Assembly: GCA_013239625.1 (NCBI GenBank)
Contig: MU056050.1
Location: forward strand, 1,474,084-1,538,083
Direction: 5' to 3'
Origin: Lama guanicoe
Lineage: Eukaryota
DNA: 64,000 nucleotides
In this document: in pieces, positions 12,900-24,541 of the stretch
Numbering within the stretch: position 1 is the stretch's first letter
Layout: the number at the start of each line of letters is the position of its first letter
Position numbers and translations under genes: made by a program
The notes under the pieces: generated by a model
The model's input: the letters and a program-made list of their open reading frames with translations, nothing else
The model's database searches: none
Told to the model about the DNA's origin: nothing

Positions 12900-13375
12900 T
12901 CATATATACATATACAGAATGGAATATTACTCAGCCATGAAAAATGAAATCCTGCCATTTGCAGGAATGTGCATGGACCTACAGAGTATCATGCTTTGTG
13001 AAATGTCAGACAAAGACAAATACAACATGATATTACTTATATGGGAATCTAAAAAATAGAGCAAATGAATGTATATAGCAAAGCAGAAATAGACTTACAG
13101 ATATAGAAAACTAGTTTTTACCCGTAGGGAAAGGTAAGAGAAAGAGGCAAGATATGGGTGATTAAGAGATACAAACTATTATACATAAAATAGATAAGCA
13201 ACAAGTATATATTGTATTGCACAGGAAATTATAGCCATTATCTTGTAATAACTTTTAATGGAGTATATAACCTGTAAAAATACTGGATCACTATATTGTA
13301 CACTTGAAACTAATATAATATTTTAAATCAACTATACTTCAGTTTTTAAAATGTAGAATAGATAAATAAAATAAT
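12900..13375 (+). mobile_element. L1 3' end of a different subfamily
   Basis: aatggaatattactcagcc...gattaagagatacaaac...aatagataagcaacaag...atcaactatacttca plus A-rich tail; similar to 63366-63620. Confidence 0.85.
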
Positions 13376-14102
13376 AAAATTTTCAATTGTAATACAAAAG
13401 AGTAGGCTTCGACAGGAATAGCTACAGTAGAAGCAGTTTATATCAGGAAGACACAAGTTGTGAAGGTTCTGAAATGTCCTTTAGTAAAGGGGAAAATGGA
13501 AAATATCTCAAGTAAAGGAACAGAAAATATCACCAGTATAGAAAGATTTTATAAGTTCAGTCAGTGTATGAGAAGCCATAAATAGGGTTCCTTTTTTAAA
13601 TAAACTTGATAAGAAATTAAACTTAACAGCTGAAGGTTAATATCTTCTTTCTGATAAAATAGGTATAGGGATCAGTATACTTCGGAAATGGCTGGAACTA
13701 GACGTTTTAGGTTCTAAAACAGTGTTAAAAGCAGTAGAACTGGAAATACCACAGTTTAAGTACACCACAAATAGAAAAGTTGACTGTAAATATTAGATTG
13801 AGCTACTGATAAAAAATTAAACCATGAAATAAGTGGGCAAATGTGTATGTATTTCTTAAAAAATGGTTCAAATGTTAAGTTTACACAAAGCATAGTAAAA
13901 ATATTGGGGATGTCATTTAACTTAATTGTATTTTTGTCATTATTGGCATCACAGTTTATATTCATTATCAAGGAAAAACTCCTATTTAAATGTAGACTTG
14001 CATTTTAATGTCAACCCTTAGTTTTCACTTTGGAAAAAGAACTTAATCATCTGACTTGTAGTCTGTAATGTAAGCCTCCACAGTTCACCCGGTGGCAGAT
14101 AC

Positions 14103-14139
14103 CTTGTGGAGTCATCAAACAGCCTCGAAAATGGGCCTC
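14103..14139 (-). other. Candidate 37-nt exon (unidentified transcript)
   Basis: Minus strand: aaacattttcAG|GAGGCC...CCACAAG|GTATCT. Confidence 0.15.
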
Positions 14140-14389
14140 CTGAAAATGTTTCAGCATTGGTCACAAAACAGTGGATAAGAAATTACAAATGTCATAAAAT
14201 AGTGGATAAGAACACTTATCTGGGAGCAAAAGCAATCTTGAAAGACATACACTTGGTTAATTTAAGCATCTTAAATGGTGTTTCCAAATTAAAGTAAATG
14301 GTAGTCATTATTCTTGCCAAACAAAAACTTTCAAGATAAAAATATTTGTAGTGGATGCACTATACTTATTTTACACCCTATCTCTTTAT

Positions 14390-15794
14390 GCCATTGCAGC
14401 ACTGCCATTTATTGAAAGGTTTCCATAAAACCTCATGTATCTGATTGATGCAATTCATTTAGCATTCCAAACATTCATACACTTGCTTTTTTATATTTAG
14501 AATGCATTTGTAGTGAGCAGTTACAATGTTTTAAAAGTTATTGGTTTTCGTATAATCTATTCTTATATGTTTGATTCAGAACAACCTTAATTTATCAGTA
14601 CAAGTGCAAGCCTGAAGGGGCAAAAAAGAGTGCTTTCAAAGTATTAACTACTGTAAATTGCATATCTAATTCAAGTGGTACTGTATTTTACTTTATGGTT
14701 TTTGATGGGTATATGATATAAACTAAGAATATTCCAAAGGTATGATTTATAAATGCTTTCTAACAACATTCCCAAGAAATGACAGTCATTCCATTTAGTT
14801 ATTTCAAGATACATGCACTAAATGATAAATATAAAATGCATCAAGTTAGTACTAAACCAATGTTGTGTGCAGTAAGCTTTCTCGCAATTAAAATTCACAG
14901 CAGCCAACCTTTTGAAAAAGTTTGCTTTCAAACTGTAGGTAACCAGTCTCTGAACTTCATGATACTGCCTATGTAGGTTTTACTCTTAAACTTTACTCAG
15001 TAAAGTGTGGTTAATTCAGAAAGACTCTCGACAAAGTAAATATTGATCTGGGTTCCAAAGGCAGGGGTCATTTATGTTTTGTTTAGATGTGCCATACCCT
15101 GACTTCTTCCTCATAGATCAGTGATAAAATAGGCATATGTTGGCTTCTTATGATGCACTTAAAATTTATCTTTTAAGGCTCTCAATTTAAAAATCAAAAA
15201 TTTCTATAGGAAAGTTCCTAGAGAATGAAAAGCATCAGGATTTAACTATTAATTAACTTGGTAGCTAAGTTCTTAGAATAGACACTTCGCTGATGTGATA
15301 ACTTTTCTTCCCATAATCTTTGGCAGGCACCATTTTATATATTCTCTCTCAAATATGAAATATAGTGAGAAAAAATAAGATTTTATAGACAATTGCTAAC
15401 CTCTGCATATTCCAGTTTGGTTCCTTTTTCTGATTATGATAGATCATTGCATTTTAAAATCCAGGGAAAGATATGCCAAGTCTCTTTCCAAATCAGTACT
15501 TGGAATATCTCTGCATTCAATTTTGCAATGTTTCAAGAATATTCTTTTGCTATTTTCAAAAGTAAAATCAGCAGATTTGAGGTAACAGATGTCAGAAATT
15601 ATCAAGGCCATTACAAGCTAATTATTTACCAAAACATCATCTTAAAGGCAAAGTATTCAGAAATAATTATGGCTTTCTATATTACTCATTACAGCCATTA
15701 GAAATTTCTTTGAAGCTCAAGAACTAAAGTTTTTTCCAATCCCTCCTCCTGCCCCACTTAGCATTGAATCAGACAGTGAGACACCTGCTTCCAG
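14390..15794 (-). other. Candidate terminal exon / 3'UTR
   Basis: Acceptor ttttctatgtgttcatcttccatgcAG| at 15794; stops in all frames within 78 nt; ~1.4 kb with no recognisable repeat; minus-strand AATAAA at 14408-14413. Confidence 0.25.
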
Positions 15795-16313
15795 CTGCAT
15801 GGAAGATGAACACATAGAAAATTCTGTTCACTTATTATTCTAATATCCCCTGGATATCTTTCCCTGAGAATTATTGAAAAATCTAGAAAACCATCATGGT
15901 AAAAAACCAATATACAGCAGAATTACATTAGCTTCCCCCTCAAAATTTAGAAAGCTTCTGTATTTTACCTTTTCCAAAATACATATAGTAATGCAATTGG
16001 TTATAGATGATCATTAATAAAACTTTACTGATCTCAGGATTCTAGTGGTTAAAAATTAATAGTCTGTACTTTTTAGTCATAATGGTCTAGAGGCAATAGG
16101 CCAGACCTGTATGGAAGAAACAGCAAGTTCTTACTTTATGACCAAAAAAGTATCTCAACTCCGAGTGTGTGTTCTATTTTATGCTATCATAAATACTTTC
16201 CATCTCCAGTGCAGATTCAATTGATTGACCACCTGGAGTGCCATGCTGAGAAATAATCTTCAGCTGTGTCACTGTTCATTAGGAAAGGCTATCATGATTA
16301 ATTTGTATCTTAC

Positions 16314-16364
16314 TTGGATATAGGCGGGGGTAGCAAACTTTCCTGTGCAAGTAATTTGCCACCC
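16314..16364 (-). other. Candidate 51-nt exon (unidentified transcript)
   Basis: Minus strand: gtttactattgcAG|GGGTGGC...TATCCAA|GTAAGA; length divisible by 3; open in all three frames; GC richer than flanks. Confidence 0.35.
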
Positions 16365-17199
16365 CTGCAATAGTAAACATGTTCCCACTTGAAGGTTCCC
16401 TTGCTGGAGAAGGAAGGGAACCATTAGGGTAAACAAGGGAACAGTCAAGAGGAGAGGGCAAAGAGAAGTAAGAAAACAGACAATTTAAAAACAAACTTTT
16501 TCCCCCATATATCCCTCAAAACTTAACAATGCTTCTTCCCAACTACTTCATCTGAACAGATTTACCATACTTTAAAAAAGTCTTTTTAAAACTTAGGGAA
16601 AAACAAAACTGTTTTGTCATTCAAGAAAAAAAACATTAATACCTGAATACATTTTGTATTTTTTTCAATCAGTTAATTATCAGTTTGGCTAAAATACAAA
16701 TAAGATAAAAGTAGCCAATCAAAAACCTTTTGCAACATTTAGTTTTATTTATATGCAGTATTCCCTATATTTAAAAAACTAATCTTGTGCTGCTTAAAAA
16801 TTAGAAATGTATACTAGACTTCTGTGAACTCTGAGAACACTCGATTCTTTCTACAGAAAGCAGAGCTTGGTTAGTGGTAAAAAACTTGTCTGCCTGGGGT
16901 GAAAATTCACACTAGAGATTATCCAAATTGATTGGCCACAGTTTAGTGAACATATGTCCTCCTGCAAAGCTGCTTTCTCCTTCCCTAACATATCCAAAGA
17001 AGCACAAAAATAGATGGCAGGAGAAGGGATATACAACAGATTTTATTATCACTGGTCAGACAGTAGCAGCTGTCACATGAAGTTAGGTTTGCCAAGCAGA
17101 CAAATATATATATGTTTTTTTTCCTGTGACTACAGATGATACATGTTTTCTCTACACAAAAAAACAAACTGTTCTTTATTTTAGATATATTTCTATGAA

Positions 17200-19835
17200 G
17201 TCCAAATAATCACCTTTTCTATTCTGCATTTTACTGCTAGTCCTTAGCCAGCAGAATAAGGCAAGAAAAATAAAATGGTAAGGACTGATCAAATAATGAC
17301 AGTAACATTTCGTTTAAGTTGATAATTGTTTACATAGAAACGATAAGAGAATCTAGAGATAAAATACCAGAGTTAATAAGAGTGTTTAGCAAGATTGATT
17401 GGTTTAAAATCAGTATCTAAAAATCATTTGACAAACTTCTGCAACTAATAAGCAATTACAGCAAGATTTCAGAATACAAAGTTAATATACAAAAGTCAGT
17501 CACTTTCTGTTATGCTCTGAAAGTATGTGTGCTCCCAAACCTCACCCCTATTTAAATTCTATTCCCTAAGGTAATGGTATGAACAGCTGGGGCCTTTTGG
17601 AGGTGATTAGGTCATAAGGATAGAGCCCTCATGAATGGGATTAGTGCCTTAAAAATGAGGCTCCAAAGAGCTTGCTCGTCCTTTCTGCCATGTAAGAATC
17701 CAACAAGAATTTTGCAATCCAGAAGAGGGCCCTCACCCGACCACACTGGCACCCTGATCTTGGACTTCTAGTATCCAGAACTATGAGAAATGAATTTCTG
17801 TTGTTTATAAGCCACCAAGTCTATGGTATCTCGTTACAGAAGTCCTACAGACTAAGACATTTTCCTACATATTAGCAATGAGCAAGTAGAATTTGAAATT
17901 AAAAACAATAACATTTATATTATCACCAAAAAATTGAAATATTTAGGTGTAAATATAACAATATACATACAAGAACTATATGAAGAAAACAACAAAACTC
18001 TTATGAATGCAATCAAAGAATAAAATAAATGGACAGATATTCCATGTTCATGGATAGGAAGACTCAATATTGTAAAGATGTCATTTCTTCACAACTTGAT
18101 CTATATTCAGTGCAATCCCAACCCAACTCCCAGCAAGTTATTTGTGGATATCAACAAATTGATTCTAAACTCTATATGGAGAGACAAAAATATCCATAAT
18201 AATCAATACAATATTGAAAAAGAACAACAGAGGTGGAGTACTGACACTACCCAACTTCAAGACTTACTATAAAACTACAATATTTAAGACAGTGTAGTAC
18301 TGGTGAGAAAGCAGACAAATAGATCAGTGGAACAGAATAGAGAACCCAGAAATAGACCCACATAAATATAGTCAATTGATCACTGACAAAGGAGCAAAGG
18401 CAGTTCAATCAAGCAAAAATAAATTTTTCAATAAATGATGCTGAGACAACTGGACATCCACATGCAAAAAAAAAAGTTAGTCTGGACATAGACCTTAAGC
18501 CTTTCATAAAAATGAACTCAAAATGGATTAAATACCTAAATGTAAAACCCAAAATTATGAAACTCCTAGAAAATAAATCTAGATGACCTCAGGATTTTGT
18601 AAAAAATGATTTTTAGTATAACACCAAAAAACAATCCATAATATAAATAATTGATAATTTATACTTAATTAAAACTAAAAAATTATGCTCTGCAAAAGAC
18701 AATGTCAAGAGAATGAAAAGCCAGTGCAGAGACTGGGGAAAATATTTGCAAAGACATAGTTGATAAAGAACTGTTACCCAAAATATACAGTCTTAAAATT
18801 CAACAATAAGAAAATGAACAATCTGATTAAATAATGGTTCAAAGGCCTTAACAGTCACCTCATCAAAGAAGATATACAGATGACAACCATATGTAGAGAT
18901 GTTCCATATCATATGTCCAAAGGGAAATGCAAATTAAAACAACAATGAGATGCCACTACACACCTGTCAGAATGGCTAAAACATCAGAAAACTGACAATA
19001 AAATGTTCATGAAGATTGGGAACAACAGGAACTCTCATTCATTGCTGATGGAATTTAAAATGGTACACACTTTGGAAGGCAGTTTGATAGCTTCTTACAA
19101 AACTAAATATACTCTTACCACGTGATCTAGCAATCGTTCTCCTTGGCATTTAACCAAAGGAATTGAAAACATGTTGACACACCTGGATATTTAAAGCAGC
19201 TTTATTCGTAACTGCCAAAACTTGGAAGCAATCTAGGTGTTCTTTTGTAGGTTAATAGATAAATAAAATGTGATATATATAGATAATGAAATATTATCCA
19301 GAAGTAAAGACAAATGAGCTACTCAGCCTTGAAAAGATACGGAAGAAATTTAAATGCATATTACTAAATGAAAGAAGTCGATCTGAAAAGGCTATATACT
19401 GCATGATTTCAACTATGTGACATCCTAGAGAAGGTAAAAACTATGGAGACAGTAAAAACTATGGAGACAGTAAAAACATCAGTGGTTGTCAGGGGTTGGG
19501 GGGAAGGAAAGATGAAGAGTAACAGAAGCAGAGGATTTTTAGGGCAGTAAAACTTCTGTTTGATACTCTAATGGGGAAACCATGCCATAGTCCAGACCCA
19601 TAGAATGTACAACACCAAGAGTAGTTCCTAATGTAAGTCATGGACTCTGAGTAACAATGGTGTATCAATGTAGGTTCATCAATCTTAACAAATGTACCAC
19701 TCTGGTGAAGCATGCTGATAATGAGATAGGCAAAACATATATGGAGAAATGGGATACATGGAAAGTCTCTTTACCTTCTGCTCAATTTTGCTGTGAATCT
19801 TAAACTACTCTAAAAAATAAAGTCTATTAAAATAA
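17200..19835 (+). mobile_element. Old L1 (L1MC1-like) ORF2 3' half and 3'UTR, interrupted by an LTR
   Basis: Decayed ORF2 text; 3'UTR ggatttttagggcagt...acccatagaatgtacaacaccaagagt...caaatgtaccactctggtg...aaaaaataaagtctatt. Confidence 0.85.
17508..17859 (+). mobile_element. MaLR solo LTR (MLT1A0-like)
   Basis: TG...CA ends (tgttatg...gactaagaca); near-matching 5-bp TSD ctttc/ttttc; ggaggtgattaggtcat...gagccctcatgaatgggattagtgcc. Confidence 0.92.
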
Positions 19836-19870
19836 ATGATTGATAAATAGATAGATAGATTTAAAGCAAC

Positions 19871-20340
19871 TGTTGCCATGGAGGAAGCCCTAATTCTGAT
19901 AATACTGGTGTGATATTCTTTGAAGGAAGAAACTTATACATGTAAATATGACCAGAGTAGAAAAAACCCTCCCCAGAATACCATGAAACCATACATAGCT
20001 TTTAATTCCTACCTCTCTCTTTCCTTTTCTGTACCAAATCTTGGCAAGCTGTTAAAAACAATAGCATAGGTGCTCCCTCCTTTTGTGTCAGTGCAGGAAC
20101 CCTCACATCAGCCCCACCCTCTAACCACAATAAAACCCCAAGCCAGACTCCTTTCTCTGCCTGTCAAGCAATTCTTAGTTCTTGGGAGCATACTACTTTC
20201 TCCCCAGAAAGCCTTATTATGTGAGAAATAACTTTTTCACACCCTCTTAGTATATCTGTGGCATTATCAGTCTTGACATCTAAACCAAGTTTAGATGTAG
20301 ATGGGGTTAGAAGTCTGTCTCATTTCTGTGGATGACAACA
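19871..20340 (+). mobile_element. Solo LTR, probably ERVL class (MER54/MER74-like)
   Basis: Inverted termini tgttgcca...tgacaaca, ~470 bp; family assignment tentative. Confidence 0.6.
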
Positions 20341-23300
20341 ATATGGGTGAAGGAAATTTTATTTTCGCAGTAGTATTCCAGTTAAGGAATAAAGAAGGAA
20401 CGATAGAATATCACCATATTGCAACTCTTAATGAATAAATGAGTCTAGTCATTGATCTGCTAACATTTCAAAAAGACAAATTATTTGTCTTCTGGTGGTA
20501 AACCCACCAACATCTCTTAAAATAATCTTCAAAAAATTAATCTGAATCTGATAGTTTTGAGATCTAGTACAATTTACATGAAATACAGAAAACCTATTAA
20601 AACCTAAATGATGCCATGGGGATACAATTAACAAAATTCAGAATGTGAAAAATCTATAGGACAAATAAACTAGTTTCTTAAATTTAAAGGAAAATGGGAG
20701 TGTTATTAGGAAAAAAAAACAGATTAAGGAGCTTAACAGGTATACCATGTAATCACAATGTGAGGACCCATTAAGATCCTAGTTTAAACAAACTATCAAA
20801 AACATGATATTTATAAGAGAATTGGAAATTTGAATATCACCTATGTACTTGATGATACTAAGAAATTATTGTTAATTTTAAGTGTGATAATGGCTTATGG
20901 TTATGATTCTTAAAGTTATTATTTTGTATAGATTCAGTAATATATTGTCTAGATTTATTTCAAAATAATATGGGAATTCATGGTAAAATCTACAAAATCT
21001 AACACTAAAAAAACTACAGAAAAGAAGTTCCTCAGCCTGATAAAGTACATCTATAAAAACTCTATAGCTAATATGATATTTAATGGTGAAAGACTTGACA
21101 CATTCTAAGATTAAGAAAAAGAAAGTATATCCTCTCACCATTGCTATTAAATATTATATTGGAAGTCTTACCTAGTGCAATAAGAAAAATAAAAAGCATA
21201 CAGATTGAAAATAAAGTAACAAAACTGTCCTTATTCATAGATGATATGATTGCTTTAAGCAAATATAACAAGGTTGCAGGATACAAGATCGGTATGAAAA
21301 AGTCCATTACTCTTCTATGTACCAGCAATTAACAAGGGGATTTGAGATTTTAAAATACAATACTGTTTATGATAGCACCAAAATAATGAATTAGGTATAA
21401 ATCTAATAAAATAAGTGTATTATCCATATGAAGAAAACTACAAAACACTAAAAACCTCAAAGAAGAAGAGCTAAGTAAATGTCAATGTATTCTATATTCA
21501 TGGATTACATGATTAACTATTATTAAGAAGTTGTTAACAACTGTTAATAACTGAACTGTTAAGAAGTTAAGATTTCTTCCCAACTTGGTCTATAGGATAT
21601 ATATAATCCCAATACAGAAAGCTTTGTTGTAGATCTTGATAAACCAATTCTAACATACATATGGAAAGGCAAAGGGCCAAATAGCCAACACTATACTTCA
21701 GAATAACAAGTTGGAAGACACATATTACCCAAGTTCAAGACTTTAAAGCTACAGTAATCAGAACAGGATTGCACTGGGGAAATAATAGATGGATAAGTCA
21801 ATGGAAGAGAACAGAGATAGCAAGGAATAGATCCATACAAATGTCTACTTATTTTTTGACAGTGGTAGAAAGGGAATTCAATGGAGAATGGATAGTCATT
21901 TCAATAAATGTTGCTGGAAAAATTGGACATCCATTTACAAATAAAATAAAATAAACCTAGATACAGAAGTTACACCTTCCACAATAATTTAATCAAGATG
22001 GATCATACACATAAATGTAAAATGCAAAACTATAAATTTCCTAGAATAAAATATAGGAGAAAATCTTTGTGATGTTCACTTTGGTGATGAGCTTTAGGTA
22101 CAACAAAAACAATGTATGACAGAAAAAATAAGTTTAACTGTATTTAAATTAAACCTTTTTTTAATCTGCCAAAGACACTGATAAGAGAAAAGACAAGTTA
22201 CTAACTGTGAGAATTTATTTACAAATCACATATCAGATGAAGAACTTGTATCTAAAATGTACAAAAACTATTAAAATTAGATAACAACTCAACTGAAAAA
22301 TGACCAAAAGATGTTACTAGACAGTTCAGCAGACAAAGTATACAGATGGCATATAAGCATGTGAAAAGAAGCTCAATATGACTGTTATTAGAGAAATGCA
22401 AAATTGAAATAACAATGGGGTGTCACTGCATACCTACCAGAATGGTTAAAATCTAAAAAGGCTGACAATGTCAATCGCTTGCAAGAATGTAGGCAAGAAG
22501 AACTCTTATACCTCTTATATGTGGCTGATGGAAAAGCAAAATGGTGCAGCCATTTTGGAAGGCAGTTTGACAGATTTGTATAAAGCTAAAGACAGTGTTA
22601 TCATACAATCTAGCAATCACACTCGTAGGTATTTATCCAACTGATTTTAAAACATATGTCCACAACAAAAGTTGTGCATGGATGTTTATAGCAGCTTTAT
22701 TCATTATTGCCAAAAATTGTGAGCAACCAAGATGCCTTTCAATAAACTGTAGTCATACTTACAATTGAATACTACTAGTGATAAAAAGAAATTAGCAATC
22801 AAGCCACACCAAAACATTGATGAATCTTAAATGTGTATTACGAAGTGAAAAAAGCCCTCTTAAAAAGGCTATGTACTGTGTAATTCCTTTCATATGCCAC
22901 TTTGTTTGAAAAGGGCAAAAACACAGATGAAAAATAGATCAGTGGTTGCCAAAGGTTTAGAGAAAGGTCAAGGTTGAACAGATGAAATACAGAGGAGTAT
23001 TTTTTCACATGGTGGAACTGTTTTATATGATACTGTAATGTTGGCTGTATGACACTATGCATTTGTCAAAACTCAGAAAGCTTTACAGTCAAAGGAGTGA
23101 TACTTAATAAATACAAATTTAAAATAATTATTTAGGAGGTTAGGGATCCCAAGATGGAATACAGACTGTGACAAAGGAATTTAACTGTATTTTATATGTA
23201 TCTAAAATTACAAATAATTATACATTAATATATAATTTTTATAAATTATATACATATGTGTGTGTATTATTACATATATATGCCATATTTCCACATGGAA

Positions 23301-23489
23301 GGAAGGTGAGGGGAAGGCTTCTGACCTAAGTAACTTTGTAAATCAGCATAACTTTATAACTTTCTAAATGAATAAAGTAACTTTGTAAATGAGTTTAAAG
23401 GTAAAAGTAGCTATATATAAGCACTGTATCCTAGTTGGTAATGTTATTTCACATATTACTGGTTAACAACTCCAAAACTCCTATACTAG

Positions 23490-23863
23490 TGTCTCAGTCA
23501 GTTCAGGCTGCTATAAGAAACTACCATAGACTGGGTGTCTTACACAACAAGCATTTATTTCTCACAGTTCTAGAGGCTAGGAAGTCCCAGATCAGGGTGC
23601 CAGCAGATCCCATGTCTGGAGAGAACGTACTTCCTGGTTTGTATATGGCTGTCTTCTCACAGTGTCTACACACGGCAGAGAGCAAAGGGAAAGGAAGCAA
23701 GCTCTCTCTTGTCTCTTTTTATAAGGGCACTAATCCCATTTATAAGATTTCCACCCTCATGACCTAATTACTTCCCAAGATCCCACCTCCTAATATCCTA
23801 TCATATTGAGGGGTAAGACTACAACACATGGATTTTAGAAAGACAAACATTCAGTCCATAACA
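23490..23863 (-). mobile_element. MaLR solo LTR (MLT1A/MST-like)
   Basis: tgtctcagtcagttcaggctgcta...atttatttctcacagttctagaggctaggaagtcccagatcagggtgcc...acattcagtccataaca. Confidence 0.9.
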
Positions 23864-24186
23864 ACATATATATTGCAGTGAACAAATAAGTAAATAGATG
23901 GCAGACGATGGGAGCCAGGTTTCTCATTGTTGAAGTGAGAGGTTACAGGCAAGCAAGGGGATAGGCTAGAATGATCTATGTGATAAAGAATTAAAGTTGG
24001 AGGTATCAGTATGAACTCATGTTTAGCTTAATATTAATAAAAATAATTACATTCACAAATATTTATAGATATGTATATATACATAGGTTATTACATGTAC
24101 ATATTTCCTTGCTCTCTCAGCTTCAAAGGCCTAGAAGCAAAACCCTTGTAGCAATGAGCACATCCAGTGTCCAGATCTTGGTTTCT

Positions 24187-24333
24187 GCGGGAGACTATAA
24201 CTCAGTGGTAGAGTGCATGCTTAGCATGCATGAGGTGCTGGGTTCAATCCCCAGTACCTTCCTTAAAATAAACAAATAAATAAATAAACTGAATCCCCCC
24301 CCCCAAAAAAAACTCCCCCAAAATTGAAAAAAA
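24187..24333 (+). mobile_element. tRNA-Ala(AGC)-derived SINE, camelid vic-1 type
   Basis: A box ctcagtggtagag, anticodon arm gcatgcttagcatgc, B box ggttcaatcc, (AAAT)n/C-run/A tail; perfect 14-bp TSD agatcttggtttct at 24173-24186 and 24334-24347. Confidence 0.92.
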
Positions 24334-24479
24334 AGATCTTGGTTTCTAATACTTTAACATTCTCCAATAAAAAGAACCAGGGCTTCTTGGAGAAATGGCT
24401 GAAGCTAGGGATGAAAAAGGGAATATATGAGATGAGCCTGGAGCATCTTTTAGTGACAGAAAGTAAGGAAAAGCTAAGA

Positions 24480-24502
24480 TCTGTCTGTCTGTCTGTCTGT
24501 CT

Positions 24503-24539
<37 letters not shown>
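24480..24539. repeat. (CTGT)n-(CA)n compound microsatellite
   Basis: Directly visible. Confidence 0.95.

Positions 24540-24541
<2 letters not shown>

Noticed and set aside
19435..19477. 18-bp tandem duplication (taaaaactatggagacag x2)
   Set aside because: Ordinary slippage duplication in an L1 3'UTR; not an array
24187..24263. tRNA-Ala gene
   Set aside because: Mismatched stems, SINE tail and a 14-bp TSD show it is a retroposed SINE
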